The notes below the pieces were generated by a model. That model had not been told where the DNA came from. It made no database searches and saw only the letters and a program-made list of their open reading frames with translations. A DNA stretch of 64,000 nucleotides from Nitrososphaerota archaeon (GTDB lineage: Archaea; Thermoproteota; Nitrososphaeria; Nitrososphaerales; UBA57): assembly GCA_024860875.1 (NCBI GenBank), contig JACPSZ010000013.1, positions 7,166 to 71,165 on the forward strand, in the 5' to 3' direction. Shown piece after piece: positions 1-8,168 of the stretch (positions within the stretch are counted from its first letter, which is position 1; the number at the start of each line of letters is the position of its first letter). The position numbers were made by a program, and so were the translations under genes.

Positions 1-754
1 TATAGAGGCCGCCAATGCGTGTAGGCGCATTGAACGGCATGCCGCCCCTACATTTGACTGTCCTTGTCCCTGCGCCCGCCATCGCTTCTATCATTGCAGG
101 ATCGTATCCTTGGTTTGTAAGTCTGGCTTGGCCGTCTGAACCATTGTAGGTCCTGACTATATCAACCAACGCCTTTGCTACGAGCGCATAGGCCTCATCA
201 TGAGGCATCTTTACAAATTCCTCTTTGCCTCTTCCTTCGATATACTTCTTCGGTGGTCTACCAGTATCGGGCTCTCTTGGAAAACCATCATCGGCCCATT
301 GCTTGAAACCCTTCCTGACAAAGGCACCCTTCACTCTTTTCTCTGAATAGAATCTTCTTACATACGCCAATCCACTTTTGCATGCTCTTGGGTCCCAACG
401 GGCAGATGCTTTATTTCCATATGCATCTGTTGCCTTGTTGTATCCAAAACTCGGGTCAGCATACATCACTGTTTCATTCTTCACGCTCGCCCTCAATAGG
501 CAGCCATGAGTATCGTTGGGGGCACAGAGGTAATGGTATGTAGAGTCAGGCGTGTAAATGTCTCTATAGATCTTCTCCCAGTCCCTGTTAGGATAGGTCT
601 GAAGAGGATTAAGAGCTGGGTCAATGGGACCGATGTATTGAAGTGCCAGAACTTCTTTAGGTAAGTTTGGAAGGAGAACGGCGGCATAGGCAACTGGTAT
701 CATTGACAAAAAGTCTCGGCGGGATATTACAAACTTCTGTTTAACATCGCTCAT
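1..754 (-). CDS. molybdopterin oxidoreductase catalytic subunit, type II DMSO-reductase family (NarG/NxrA/EbdA-like), N-terminal part, open at window start
   Basis: Own minus-strand translation from ATG 754-752: MSDVKQKFVISRRDFLSMIPVAYAAVLL (twin-arginine SRRDFL), then NRDWEKIYRDIYTPDSTYHYLCAPNDTHGCLLRASVKNE. This parallels the NarG N-terminus (NRDWE..YR.. then the FS0 cluster segment). It is absent from the ORF track because it is open-ended. Confidence 0.6.
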   Translation of the reverse strand, partial: MSDVKQKFVISRRDFLSMIPVAYAAVLLPNLPKEVLALQYIGPIDPALNPLQTYPNRDWEKIYRDIYTPDSTYHYLCAPNDTHGCLLRASVKNETVMYADPSFGYNKATDAYGNKASARWDPRACKSGLAYVRRFYSEKRVKGAFVRKGFKQWADDGFPREPDTGRPPKKYIEGRGKEEFVKMPHDEAYALVAKALVDIVRTYNGSDGQARLTNQGYDPAMIEAMAGAGTRTVKCRGGMPFNAPTRIGGLY

Positions 755-802
755 ACAATCCAGCGCCTTTGGATGGACATCTACAATTCTACTAAACTCT
801 TT

Positions 803-820
803 CCCCGAACCTGTACGGGG
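803..820. promoter_or_regulatory. palindromic motif A copy (CCCCGAAC-CT-GTACGGGG; core CCGnAC-N2-GTnCGG)
   Basis: Read directly. It lies about 50 nt upstream of both divergent starts (754 minus, 874 plus). Confidence 0.4.
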
Positions 821-873
821 AGAATAATGATCCTAACAATATCCAGAATACCAAGGCAGAGTTTAGCTGAGAC

Positions 874-1188
874 ATGGCTTATTTTATAAGACTTGTGAGG
901 TTCACTCCTGAGGGGTTGAGGGAGCTTGGGCAGTTCCGAGCAAAGAGGGCTGCGTTCTTGGAGCAATGCAAGAGGTTAGGGATATCGCTTGTCGCTGAAT
1001 ATATAACAGCTGGTGAATATGACTTGGTGACAATTCTTGAGGCCCATAACCTTGACACCATATTGCAGTTGAATGCAATAAGCGGTGCTAAAGGGAGAAC
1101 CACAGGCATAACTATGGCTGCGATTCCAGCCAAAGACTTCGAGAGAGTAGCAGAGTCTATATACGAAGTCCCGATATCGACTCCATGA
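874..1188 (+). CDS. GYD-domain protein
   Basis: About 100 aa; FIRLVRFTPEG...AGEYDLVTILEA matches the GYD family signature. Confidence 0.7.
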   Translation: MAYFIRLVRFTPEGLRELGQFRAKRAAFLEQCKRLGISLVAEYITAGEYDLVTILEAHNLDTILQLNAISGAKGRTTGITMAAIPAKDFERVAESIYEVPISTP

Positions 1189-1329
1189 CCTTCAAACCCA
1201 AGCACACGAATATAGAATTTTCTTGATGATCAAGACTATTCACTCGTTATCGTTAGTAAGAGATTGTCGAATTGTCGCATCTAGCTTTTATAAAATTGAT
1301 ATCAATCACCAAATACGCATTTAGAATAT

Positions 1330-1548
1330 TCGGTTCACTGGAAAAGGAAGAGACTGTACAGGAAGGAGATAACCGACATACTCTTAGAGTTGGCTATATT
1401 GAAGGGGAGAATTATTAGAGATAGGAGATGGATCAATGCCTATAACACCATCGCACGAGAGCCTAATTCAGGAAGGACCTTGAAGGTCGTCTATAGAAGA
1501 ACTGGGCCAGAAAGCTATAAAATAATAACGGCCTATTGGTTAGATTAG
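1330..1548 (+). pseudogene. DUF4258-like toxin remnant, frame-disrupted, upstream of the DUF2283 gene
   Basis: Own translation of 1417-1548 gives RDRRWINAYNTIAREPNSGRTLKVVYRRTGPESYKIITAYWLD*, a typical DUF4258 C-terminus. There is no start codon in this frame, and the upstream part is in another frame ending at a TAG. Confidence 0.35.
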
Positions 1549-1550
1549 TT

Positions 1551-1760
1551 ATGAGTGAACTTTGGTACGATGCCGAGGAAGATGTTCTTGGCATTCAATT
1601 GCGCAAAAAGGAATACTGGAAAAGCGTTGAGGTAGCTTCTAACGTAGTTGTCGATCTGGATAAGAATGGAGAGATTATAGGAATTGAACTTTTGAAGGCT
1701 AAAGAATCCTTTAAGCACGATATTCCTATGATAATTTCTAATGCCAAAAAACGCAAGTAG
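1551..1760 (+). CDS. DUF2283-domain protein (putative antitoxin-like partner)
   Basis: MSELWYDAEEDVLGIQL...VVVDLDKNGEIIGIELL is the DUF2283 pattern. The ATG at 1551 is preferred over the track start at 1536. Confidence 0.65.
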   Translation: MSELWYDAEEDVLGIQLRKKEYWKSVEVASNVVVDLDKNGEIIGIELLKAKESFKHDIPMIISNAKKRK

Positions 1761-1767
1761 AAGTTTA

Positions 1768-1936
1768 GTAATAACAATTGTAAATCCATCCCCGCATTTA
1801 AACTTCTTACCCTATGATTAGGGAGTTGCAAAATATACCCCGCATTCAATTTACGAGCAAATAATTAGCCCAAAGTGTTACCCTTGGAAAAACATGCTGT
1901 ATAGAAGTCGATAACAGAATAACAGCTCGTGTCAAG
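1768..1936 (+). repeat. intergenic repeat R1, copy 1 (contains GGGAGTTGCAAAA and CGATAACAGAATAACAGCTnGTGTCAAG)
   Basis: Aligned by eye to 3078-3222. Two conserved blocks are separated by a variable spacer. Confidence 0.6.
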
Positions 1937-2011
1937 AGACCTACTGAGTCTGGTTTGTTCTCCGTCTTCTTCAGCCGAGGCTTCGCATATTTGTTCCCCG
2001 ATTTCTTGTTG

Positions 2012-2587
2012 CTAAATCCATCCGAAAGGGATTAGCTTAACGTAGGCTCTCCAAACAAAGAGACCAACAGCACCTATCATGCCGATCGTTATGAGTGGGC
2101 TAAACGGTGTCCATACCTGAACACCTAGTATTATTGATGTTAGCACCGAGAAGAGGCATAGGCTGGCCATCCTCCTCCGTTTGAGCCTAAGGGTTCTTAG
2201 CTGTGTGACTTCTTCTGGATTTAGCTGCCCTTTTTGCAGGATCGTGTCTATTTGTGGCTGTATACTAAGGTGCACAAAAGATAGAAGACCCACTAGGGCC
2301 AAGAGGAGAAAAGACTTAGTCGCGAGCAACCAGTTGGTTAGGAGAACCCCGAACCCTTGGGTTATCAGGTAAGCCATAAGAAGACCTGAAATTAGTATCA
2401 TCGCCTGATACGCATAGCAACGGAATGTCATACCCTTTACTATCCCTTCCATGTATTTGTCAGCCCTATCTATAGGAGGTCCAAGCTTGCCCCTTTCCCC
2501 TGTTACGATAAGGGCGTAGAGGGGCCAGGCCATGAATACCGCTGATATTATATGTAAAAGCCGAAGTGTGATTAATTCCGACGACAT
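2012..2587 (-). CDS. hypothetical integral membrane protein
   Basis: 191-aa ORF with several hydrophobic helices. No family recognised. Confidence 0.45.
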   Translation of the reverse strand: MSSELITLRLLHIISAVFMAWPLYALIVTGERGKLGPPIDRADKYMEGIVKGMTFRCYAYQAMILISGLLMAYLITQGFGVLLTNWLLATKSFLLLALVGLLSFVHLSIQPQIDTILQKGQLNPEEVTQLRTLRLKRRRMASLCLFSVLTSIILGVQVWTPFSPLITIGMIGAVGLFVWRAYVKLIPFGWI

Positions 2588-3077
2588 CCTGCTCTAACTG
2601 CTCCTCGGAGCCGGGTTAGCCAGTCTTTGAGTTGCATCTGCATAGAAACCGAGTGATTGTATCCTAGAGGGTGTCGACTCACCAGGCGATGGAGTGGAGC
2701 TTTTTCAGACGGAGTTGTAGAGGAATAACCTATCGGAACCATCTTCGAGAGTGTTTGTCGTCGCTTAATCAAAGCGCTACACCACAAATTACGGCGAGAA
2801 TCATAGGTGTGAAAGATGCCGACAGGATTGGTTTCTTCAACCGGCCTAGCTTCTCCTACGCAGGGTGTCTGTGACCCAAGCATGAATTCTTATTCCCGCA
2901 CCTATAAGGGTCAAAGAATATGTGGTGTTCGAGCCTTATACCGAATTGTTGGGTTGCTTTGGCAAAAAGCGTTCGAACTTCTAGACTAAACGAGCGTCGT
3001 TCAAAATTTCTTGCTGTAGGAGTTGGTTTGGTGCTCGCAAACCTCGCCGCCTAAGAAGACTCGAAGCCTGGAGTTAC

Positions 3078-3222
3078 GTAATAACCGCTGTAAATCCCAT
3101 CCCCGAATCTAAACCTCTCGCCTTTTGATTGGGAGTTGCAAAACATCTATTCAGAATAGGGGATATTACGTTTACCTTCCCAATAGGAGACTACCGATAA
3201 CAGAATAACAGCTAGTGTCAAG
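3078..3222 (+). repeat. intergenic repeat R1, copy 2
   Basis: GTAATAACCGCTGTAAATCCCATCCCCGAATCTAAACC...GGGAGTTGCAAAACAT...CGATAACAGAATAACAGCTAGTGTCAAG matches copy 1. Confidence 0.6.
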
Positions 3223-3443
3223 GAAATCTTTGCTTAGTTTTTCAGGATGCTCCATTCTATGAACCTATTCGACGACAAGGACTACAAGCGCGCTAGGGTT
3301 ATTGTATACTTCACGAAACGGATTAGATTGCACACTAGTGTGCACACCCTTTTCCGCTATGCGCTTGCAACTTCACCGGCAAAAAAAAGAAGAATGCCAC
3401 TTCTTATGGACACCACATTAAACATTCACCTTATTACAGAGTA

Positions 3444-4032
3444 TTGAAAGATTCCGCTTGGATGCTTAGAGAATTTTCTCTAGAGAGATCTGCAACCATA
3501 GTGATAGATGTGCAGAGGGGTCTTTTTGAGAAGAGAAAGACTCATGATAAGACGACCAATGATGTTATCGGCTCGGTACTTGCAAACTGCACTTCCCTTG
3601 TTAAGGCCATAAGGAAGAAATCTATACCTGTAGTTCATGTCCGAACAACTTTGCGGAGAGATCATTTGGACTCCACCCTCTCCGCGAGCCTTGAGAAAAT
3701 GTTCGAGGAGAACGATCCTTTGGCAGATGGAGCAGAGATTCTTGATTCGATGGCCCCTCAAAATGGAGATTTTATTGTCAGCAAGTCAGGTCAGAGCGCC
3801 CTCCAATTTACCAATTTGGACAGAATCCTTTACAACCTGAAAGTTGATACAGTATTGCTGGTTGGAGGAGGCATCCCGGGTAGCATAGCATCAACTTGCA
3901 GGCAGGCAGGCAGCAGCACTGGGCTATAATGTTGCTATTTCGGCAGATGCGCTACACCCTTTCGAGCAGCGATATTTACCTAGCCTAAAGAATAGGTCCG
4001 AGCAGAAACCAACACACGAGTGGCTCAACCTG
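3444..4032 (+). pseudogene. isochorismatase-family (cysteine hydrolase) gene with +1 frame break near its 3' end
   Basis: ORF 3444-3929 has TIVIDVQ...VVHV...LLVGG. The conserved C-terminal ALGYNVAISADALHP continues in the next frame from 3901. The switch lies in the run gcaggcaggcaggcagcagc (3898-3917). Confidence 0.6.
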
Positions 4033-4558
4033 TTGAATTTTCCAACCACTCGCAAGGAAAAGCATGGGGGGAATAGTACGCTTATCATAGTGGATATGCA
4101 AAATAGATGCGATGAGAAGCAAAAGATTACCAATAATCTATGTAAGAAATACCAAGCGCAACGATGCAATAGATTACGCCGGGAGCAGAAGAGGACGGCG
4201 TTCGAAGAACCTTCCTATGTATGTTGACGGCACTTGGGGTTCCCAAATAGTCGAAGAGATCAAGCCTCGGGCGGATGACATTGTGGTTGTGAAAAGAGGG
4301 CACAGTGCCTTCTCTTTTACAACCCTCCATAGAATACTTAGGAATCTAGAAGTTGACAAGTGTATTGTCACGGGAGGGGCGGTCAATGGTTGCGTTGCCG
4401 ACACGGTCATGGAAGGGGCAGGTTTGGGCTATGAGTTCATAGTAGTTTCCGACGCAACTTTTAGACCTCCAAATTCCCCTCATTTGCGGCTGTTCGCAGA
4501 CTGGGCTCAGACCATGTCAGTAGAGCAGGTCTTAGGATTGCTACACCGAAGTTTCTGA
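4033..4558 (+). pseudogene. second tandem isochorismatase-family gene, N-terminus in a different frame
   Basis: The N-terminal STLIIVDMQNRCDE is in the frame of ORF 4033-4227. The remainder (LPIIYVRN...VVVKRGHSAFSFT...VTGGAVNGCVADT...GYEFIVVSDA) is in ORF 4112-4558. The 4033 frame is also continuous with the C-terminus of the upstream gene. Confidence 0.55.
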
Positions 4559-4774
4559 TACCAGTCTTTATTTCTGCCATTCACAGAACCATATAGGCGT
4601 CCCATCGGTCGACATGAATGCCTTGGTGTAACAATCGAACGCGCCTTTAGGTCAGTGAACTGTATCGTTTTGCCCCTCGCGGCTAAATCCTACCCCACAC
4701 ATATTTACCAGTAAATTACAATTGAGTACAGCAGCAATTACATTTAGGAGGCCGTGCCACACTAATGCTTCAAT

Positions 4775-4803
4775 CCCGAAGAGATTCGGTTCCACGCATA
4801 TCC
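4775..4803. promoter_or_regulatory. motif B copy: CCCGAAGAGATTCGG palindrome followed by TTCCACGCATATCC box
   Basis: Read directly, about 30-55 nt upstream of the ABC ATPase start at 4831. Confidence 0.45.
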
Positions 4804-4830
4804 ATACCTTGTTTGATAGAATTGTGACAG

Positions 4831-5679
4831 ATGGCTGCCAAAATAGAGATTAGGAACGTTTCCAAGTCCTTTGTCAAAAGAAGTTCGAAGAAGACATCCA
4901 AATTCATGGTTGTAAGCGATGCTTCGTTGTCGATAAGAGAGAATGAGTTCGTCGTTTTCATTGGCCCGTCTGGATGCGGAAAGACAACTCTCCTCCGTAT
5001 GATTGATGGCCTGATAGAGCCCGATGAGGGTACGATCCTGATAGATGGTAAGGGGCCACCTAAACCTGGCCCGAATATGGGATTCGTTTTTCAGTCGTTT
5101 AGATTGCTGCCTTGGCGAAATGTTCTTGATAATGTCCTGTTCCCAATGGAGGTCCAAGGAGTGCCCAAGCCGGAGAGAATCGCGCGGGCACTGTCCTATG
5201 TTCGAATGGTTGGCCTTGACGGATTTGAAAGCAGCTATCCTCACCAGCTTTCTGGAGGCATGCAGCAGAGAGTCGCGCTGGCCAGAGCCCTTGTGATGGA
5301 TCCTCAGATCTTGCTCATGGACGAACCATTTGCTTCCCTAGACGCACAGACAAGGGAATTCATGCAGACGGAGCTCCTGAAGATATGGGCCTCGAAGAGG
5401 AATACTGTGGTTTTCGTGACGCATAGCCTTGACGAAGCTTTGGTTCTTGCCGATAGGATAGTACTATTTGGACCAAGGCCTGCTAAGGTTGAGGAGATAA
5501 TTGATGTCCCTTTCAGGCGGCCTAGGTGGGAGTATGACGTTCGTGCAGAGCCAAAATATGCACAGCTCAGGGCGCATCTCTGGAGCAGAATCAAGGAGAT
5601 GGTGGAGGCATCGAGGGAACTTCCAGCAGGGGAGTTAACACCCCCACGCATCCCTGTTGACATGGGGATGGCAAGATAA
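4831..5679 (+). CDS. ABC transporter ATP-binding protein, NitT/TauT (nitrate/sulfonate/bicarbonate) type
   Basis: Walker A GPSGCGKTT, signature LSGGMQQR, Walker B LLMDEPF. Confidence 0.9.
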   Translation: MAAKIEIRNVSKSFVKRSSKKTSKFMVVSDASLSIRENEFVVFIGPSGCGKTTLLRMIDGLIEPDEGTILIDGKGPPKPGPNMGFVFQSFRLLPWRNVLDNVLFPMEVQGVPKPERIARALSYVRMVGLDGFESSYPHQLSGGMQQRVALARALVMDPQILLMDEPFASLDAQTREFMQTELLKIWASKRNTVVFVTHSLDEALVLADRIVLFGPRPAKVEEIIDVPFRRPRWEYDVRAEPKYAQLRAHLWSRIKEMVEASRELPAGELTPPRIPVDMGMAR

Positions 5680-6453
5680 TTGGAAAGACTTCCGCAAAGA
5701 AGAGGTTCCATAACGTTAAGGCTCGGAGCACTTTCGTTATTCCTTGTTGCTTGGCAGATACTCGGACTGATACTTGGATCGCTTTTTCTACCTACGCCAC
5801 TTGGAGTTGCCTTTGCTGCTCTTGAGCTGATAGGCTCAGGAATTGTTCTTCAGGCAGCTTTTAACAGTCTCAGCATTCTCGCTGTAGGGTACGTGTTAGC
5901 CATCGTGGTTGCCATTCCCTTGGGCCTCCTGATGGGAGGGTTCAAAAGGGTCGGCGAAACGTTGGATGTCTATGTGAACGCTTTTAATTCCACACCTAGG
6001 ATTGCCCTGCTGCCACTCATAATAGTGTGGTTTGGCCTGGGGTCGCCCGCAAAAGTATTTATCGTCTTTTTGTCTGCCCTCTTCCCAATCATAATCAACA
6101 CGTACTCTGGAGTTTCGAATGTTGGTGAGGACCTTCTGGAGACAGCAAAGGCATTCGGCTCAAAGGACCGTCAGACCTTCAGAAAGATCATGTTTCCTGC
6201 ATCACTTCCGACTATAATTACGGGCTTAAGACTTGGCGCTGCAAGGGGCGTTCTGGGAATTCTCATGGCAGAATTCTTCACCGCAGCATCAGGTCTTGGA
6301 GGGTTGATAGTTACATACGGCAACACATTCCAGATGGAGAAATTCTTCGTACCAGTTCTCATCTTGGTAGCGATTGGAACCAGCATATCTGAACTTCTGA
6401 AGTCACTTGAAAGAAAGCTAGCTCCTTGGAAGACAACTGAAGTGAGAATTTAG
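5680..6453 (+). CDS. ABC transporter permease, NitT/TauT type
   Basis: BPD-transport pattern (EAAKAFGS...FRKIMFPASLP). It directly abuts the ATPase gene. Confidence 0.85.
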   Translation: MERLPQRRGSITLRLGALSLFLVAWQILGLILGSLFLPTPLGVAFAALELIGSGIVLQAAFNSLSILAVGYVLAIVVAIPLGLLMGGFKRVGETLDVYVNAFNSTPRIALLPLIIVWFGLGSPAKVFIVFLSALFPIIINTYSGVSNVGEDLLETAKAFGSKDRQTFRKIMFPASLPTIITGLRLGAARGVLGILMAEFFTAASGLGGLIVTYGNTFQMEKFFVPVLILVAIGTSISELLKSLERKLAPWKTTEVRI

Positions 6454-6495
6454 GCGTACAATGATCCGAATGAAACTCTATGAGAAGAGGGTGAA

Positions 6496-8127
6496 ATGAA
6501 GATAGGAGCATTGAGAAGCGAATCGTTTTCTGGGGAGAATTGGTCCTTCCCTTTATTTGACAAATCTAATACTGGTTTCAACCCGCAGTCAGAAATAAAC
6601 AGAGAAAATATTCATGATCTGGTGCTAAAATGGAGTGTTGAGATCCCCAGTTTCCCAAGTAGACAAAGTTCCCCGGCTGTGCAAGGAGTAGAGACAAGAT
6701 CTGTGGTGATGAATGGAATCCAAACTACGCCCTTGGTTGTGAATGGTAGAGTCTACGTAGCCGACGGAAGTAGTACAGCATATGCGTTTGACGCCCAAAC
6801 TGGAACAAAGAAGTGGATGTTCCAGCCCGATGTAAGTGGTGTAAGAGGTATGCGCACGGTTCACACCCTCTCGACCTATGACGGGCTCGTTTGCATGTTT
6901 GCCCCGAATTGTATACTGTATGGATTGGATTTGGAGAGTGGGCAAGTGAAGTTGTCATTGAAAAATGTATCTAAAGAGATCCCGGGGAACAAAGGCTTCT
7001 ATGCTGGGAGGGCGGCTCCTTCATTCTATGACCGCAGCGCTATCATGGGACCTGCGGGCGGAGGCCAGGGAGGAAGAGGTTTTCTATCTTCGTATGATCT
7101 TGACTCCAAGAGACTTAATTGGAGGTGGTTCTCCGCGCCTCCTGCAGAGAAAGGACAAAAGAACTGGGAGAAGGAAGCCCATAAAGGCAACATAGAACCA
7201 TATCACAATGATTGGGGTACTTCGGATCTTGCAGGAGGAGCATCGATATGGGGCCAGACACTCGTTGATGAGGATTCCCATAGGGTTTATTTTGGAACCG
7301 GGAACTCCGACCTATTCCTCTACGATGCCTCACTCGTACCTGGACCCAATCTCTATGCTGCATGCATAGTGTCTCTAGATGCGAGGACAGGCGAAATGCT
7401 CTGGTATTATCAAACTACCCCTCACGATCTTATTGGCTGGGCTGTTGGATGGAACGTAATTCTTACTGATATCAATATGGATGGGGTAAGCAAGAAGGTC
7501 GTGATAGCAGGAGCGAAAAATAATCATGTATACATCCTAGACGCATCCAATGGGAAGCCAGTTTACGAGCCCGTTAGAGTTGGGCACAGCAGAACTCTTC
7601 TGAACGCTAACTTGGGGAATAATGCTGATATGAAATCGTCCCTGAAGTCGAGTGTATACTGTCCAGGTCATTTTGGCGGAATAGAATCGCCTACCGCATT
7701 TGCAAACAACACAATCTTCGTAGCCTCGCAAAGAATAGATCAGGAAGCTGTGTGGTATGATGGTACATATCGCGAAAGACCGATGAAACGAATCGAACTG
7801 CGGAACACGGATTCCCCGCAGTATTCTACTCTTTATGCAGTTGACGCTGGGAGGGGGGAGGTCAAGTGGGCTTTCTTCATGCCAAGTCCTTACCATGGAG
7901 TTTCAATCACGGTAAGCGGCGGCGTGGTATATGCAGTCGATCGGGCAGGGATACTGTACGCTCTCGACGAGAAGACAGGGCAGCTCCTGAGGAAGATAGA
8001 CCTCGGCGGAGCGGGAGCAGCAGGGGTTTCCATTGGAGTGACGAATACGGGGGAGATGAGACTGTTTGTTGCGGTAAGTGGTAGGAACGGCTCGGTCAGC
8101 AAAGTGATGAGTTTCGGACTAGGGTAG
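6496..8127 (+). CDS. PQQ-dependent dehydrogenase-like eight-bladed beta-propeller, no signal peptide
   Basis: GENWSFPLFDKSNTGFNPQSEINRENIHDLVLKWS matches the quinoprotein N-terminal motif. It has repeated ..VYV..../..YA.DA.TG..W blades. There is an in-frame stop 12 nt upstream of the ATG. Confidence 0.7.
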   Translation: MKIGALRSESFSGENWSFPLFDKSNTGFNPQSEINRENIHDLVLKWSVEIPSFPSRQSSPAVQGVETRSVVMNGIQTTPLVVNGRVYVADGSSTAYAFDAQTGTKKWMFQPDVSGVRGMRTVHTLSTYDGLVCMFAPNCILYGLDLESGQVKLSLKNVSKEIPGNKGFYAGRAAPSFYDRSAIMGPAGGGQGGRGFLSSYDLDSKRLNWRWFSAPPAEKGQKNWEKEAHKGNIEPYHNDWGTSDLAGGASIWGQTLVDEDSHRVYFGTGNSDLFLYDASLVPGPNLYAACIVSLDARTGEMLWYYQTTPHDLIGWAVGWNVILTDINMDGVSKKVVIAGAKNNHVYILDASNGKPVYEPVRVGHSRTLLNANLGNNADMKSSLKSSVYCPGHFGGIESPTAFANNTIFVASQRIDQEAVWYDGTYRERPMKRIELRNTDSPQYSTLYAVDAGRGEVKWAFFMPSPYHGVSITVSGGVVYAVDRAGILYALDEKTGQLLRKIDLGGAGAAGVSIGVTNTGEMRLFVAVSGRNGSVSKVMSFGLG

Positions 8128-8168
8128 GCTGTAGTTGGAAACTGTGATTCTGGACTAGTTAACCTGAT

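Noticed and set aside
1768-1840. R1 repeat as a tRNA 3' fragment (att site), because of the ..GTAAATCC.ATCCCCG.. stretch
   Set aside because: No T-arm stem can be formed around it and there is no acceptor/CCA-like end. No full tRNA gene was recognised anywhere in the window.
2572-3447. ORFs 2572-2883(-), 2671-2874(+) and 3247-3447(+) in the gene-poor stretch between the R1 repeats
   Set aside because: They have no family resemblance, odd composition and mutually overlapping frames. The region may be degraded or non-coding, so no feature is claimed.
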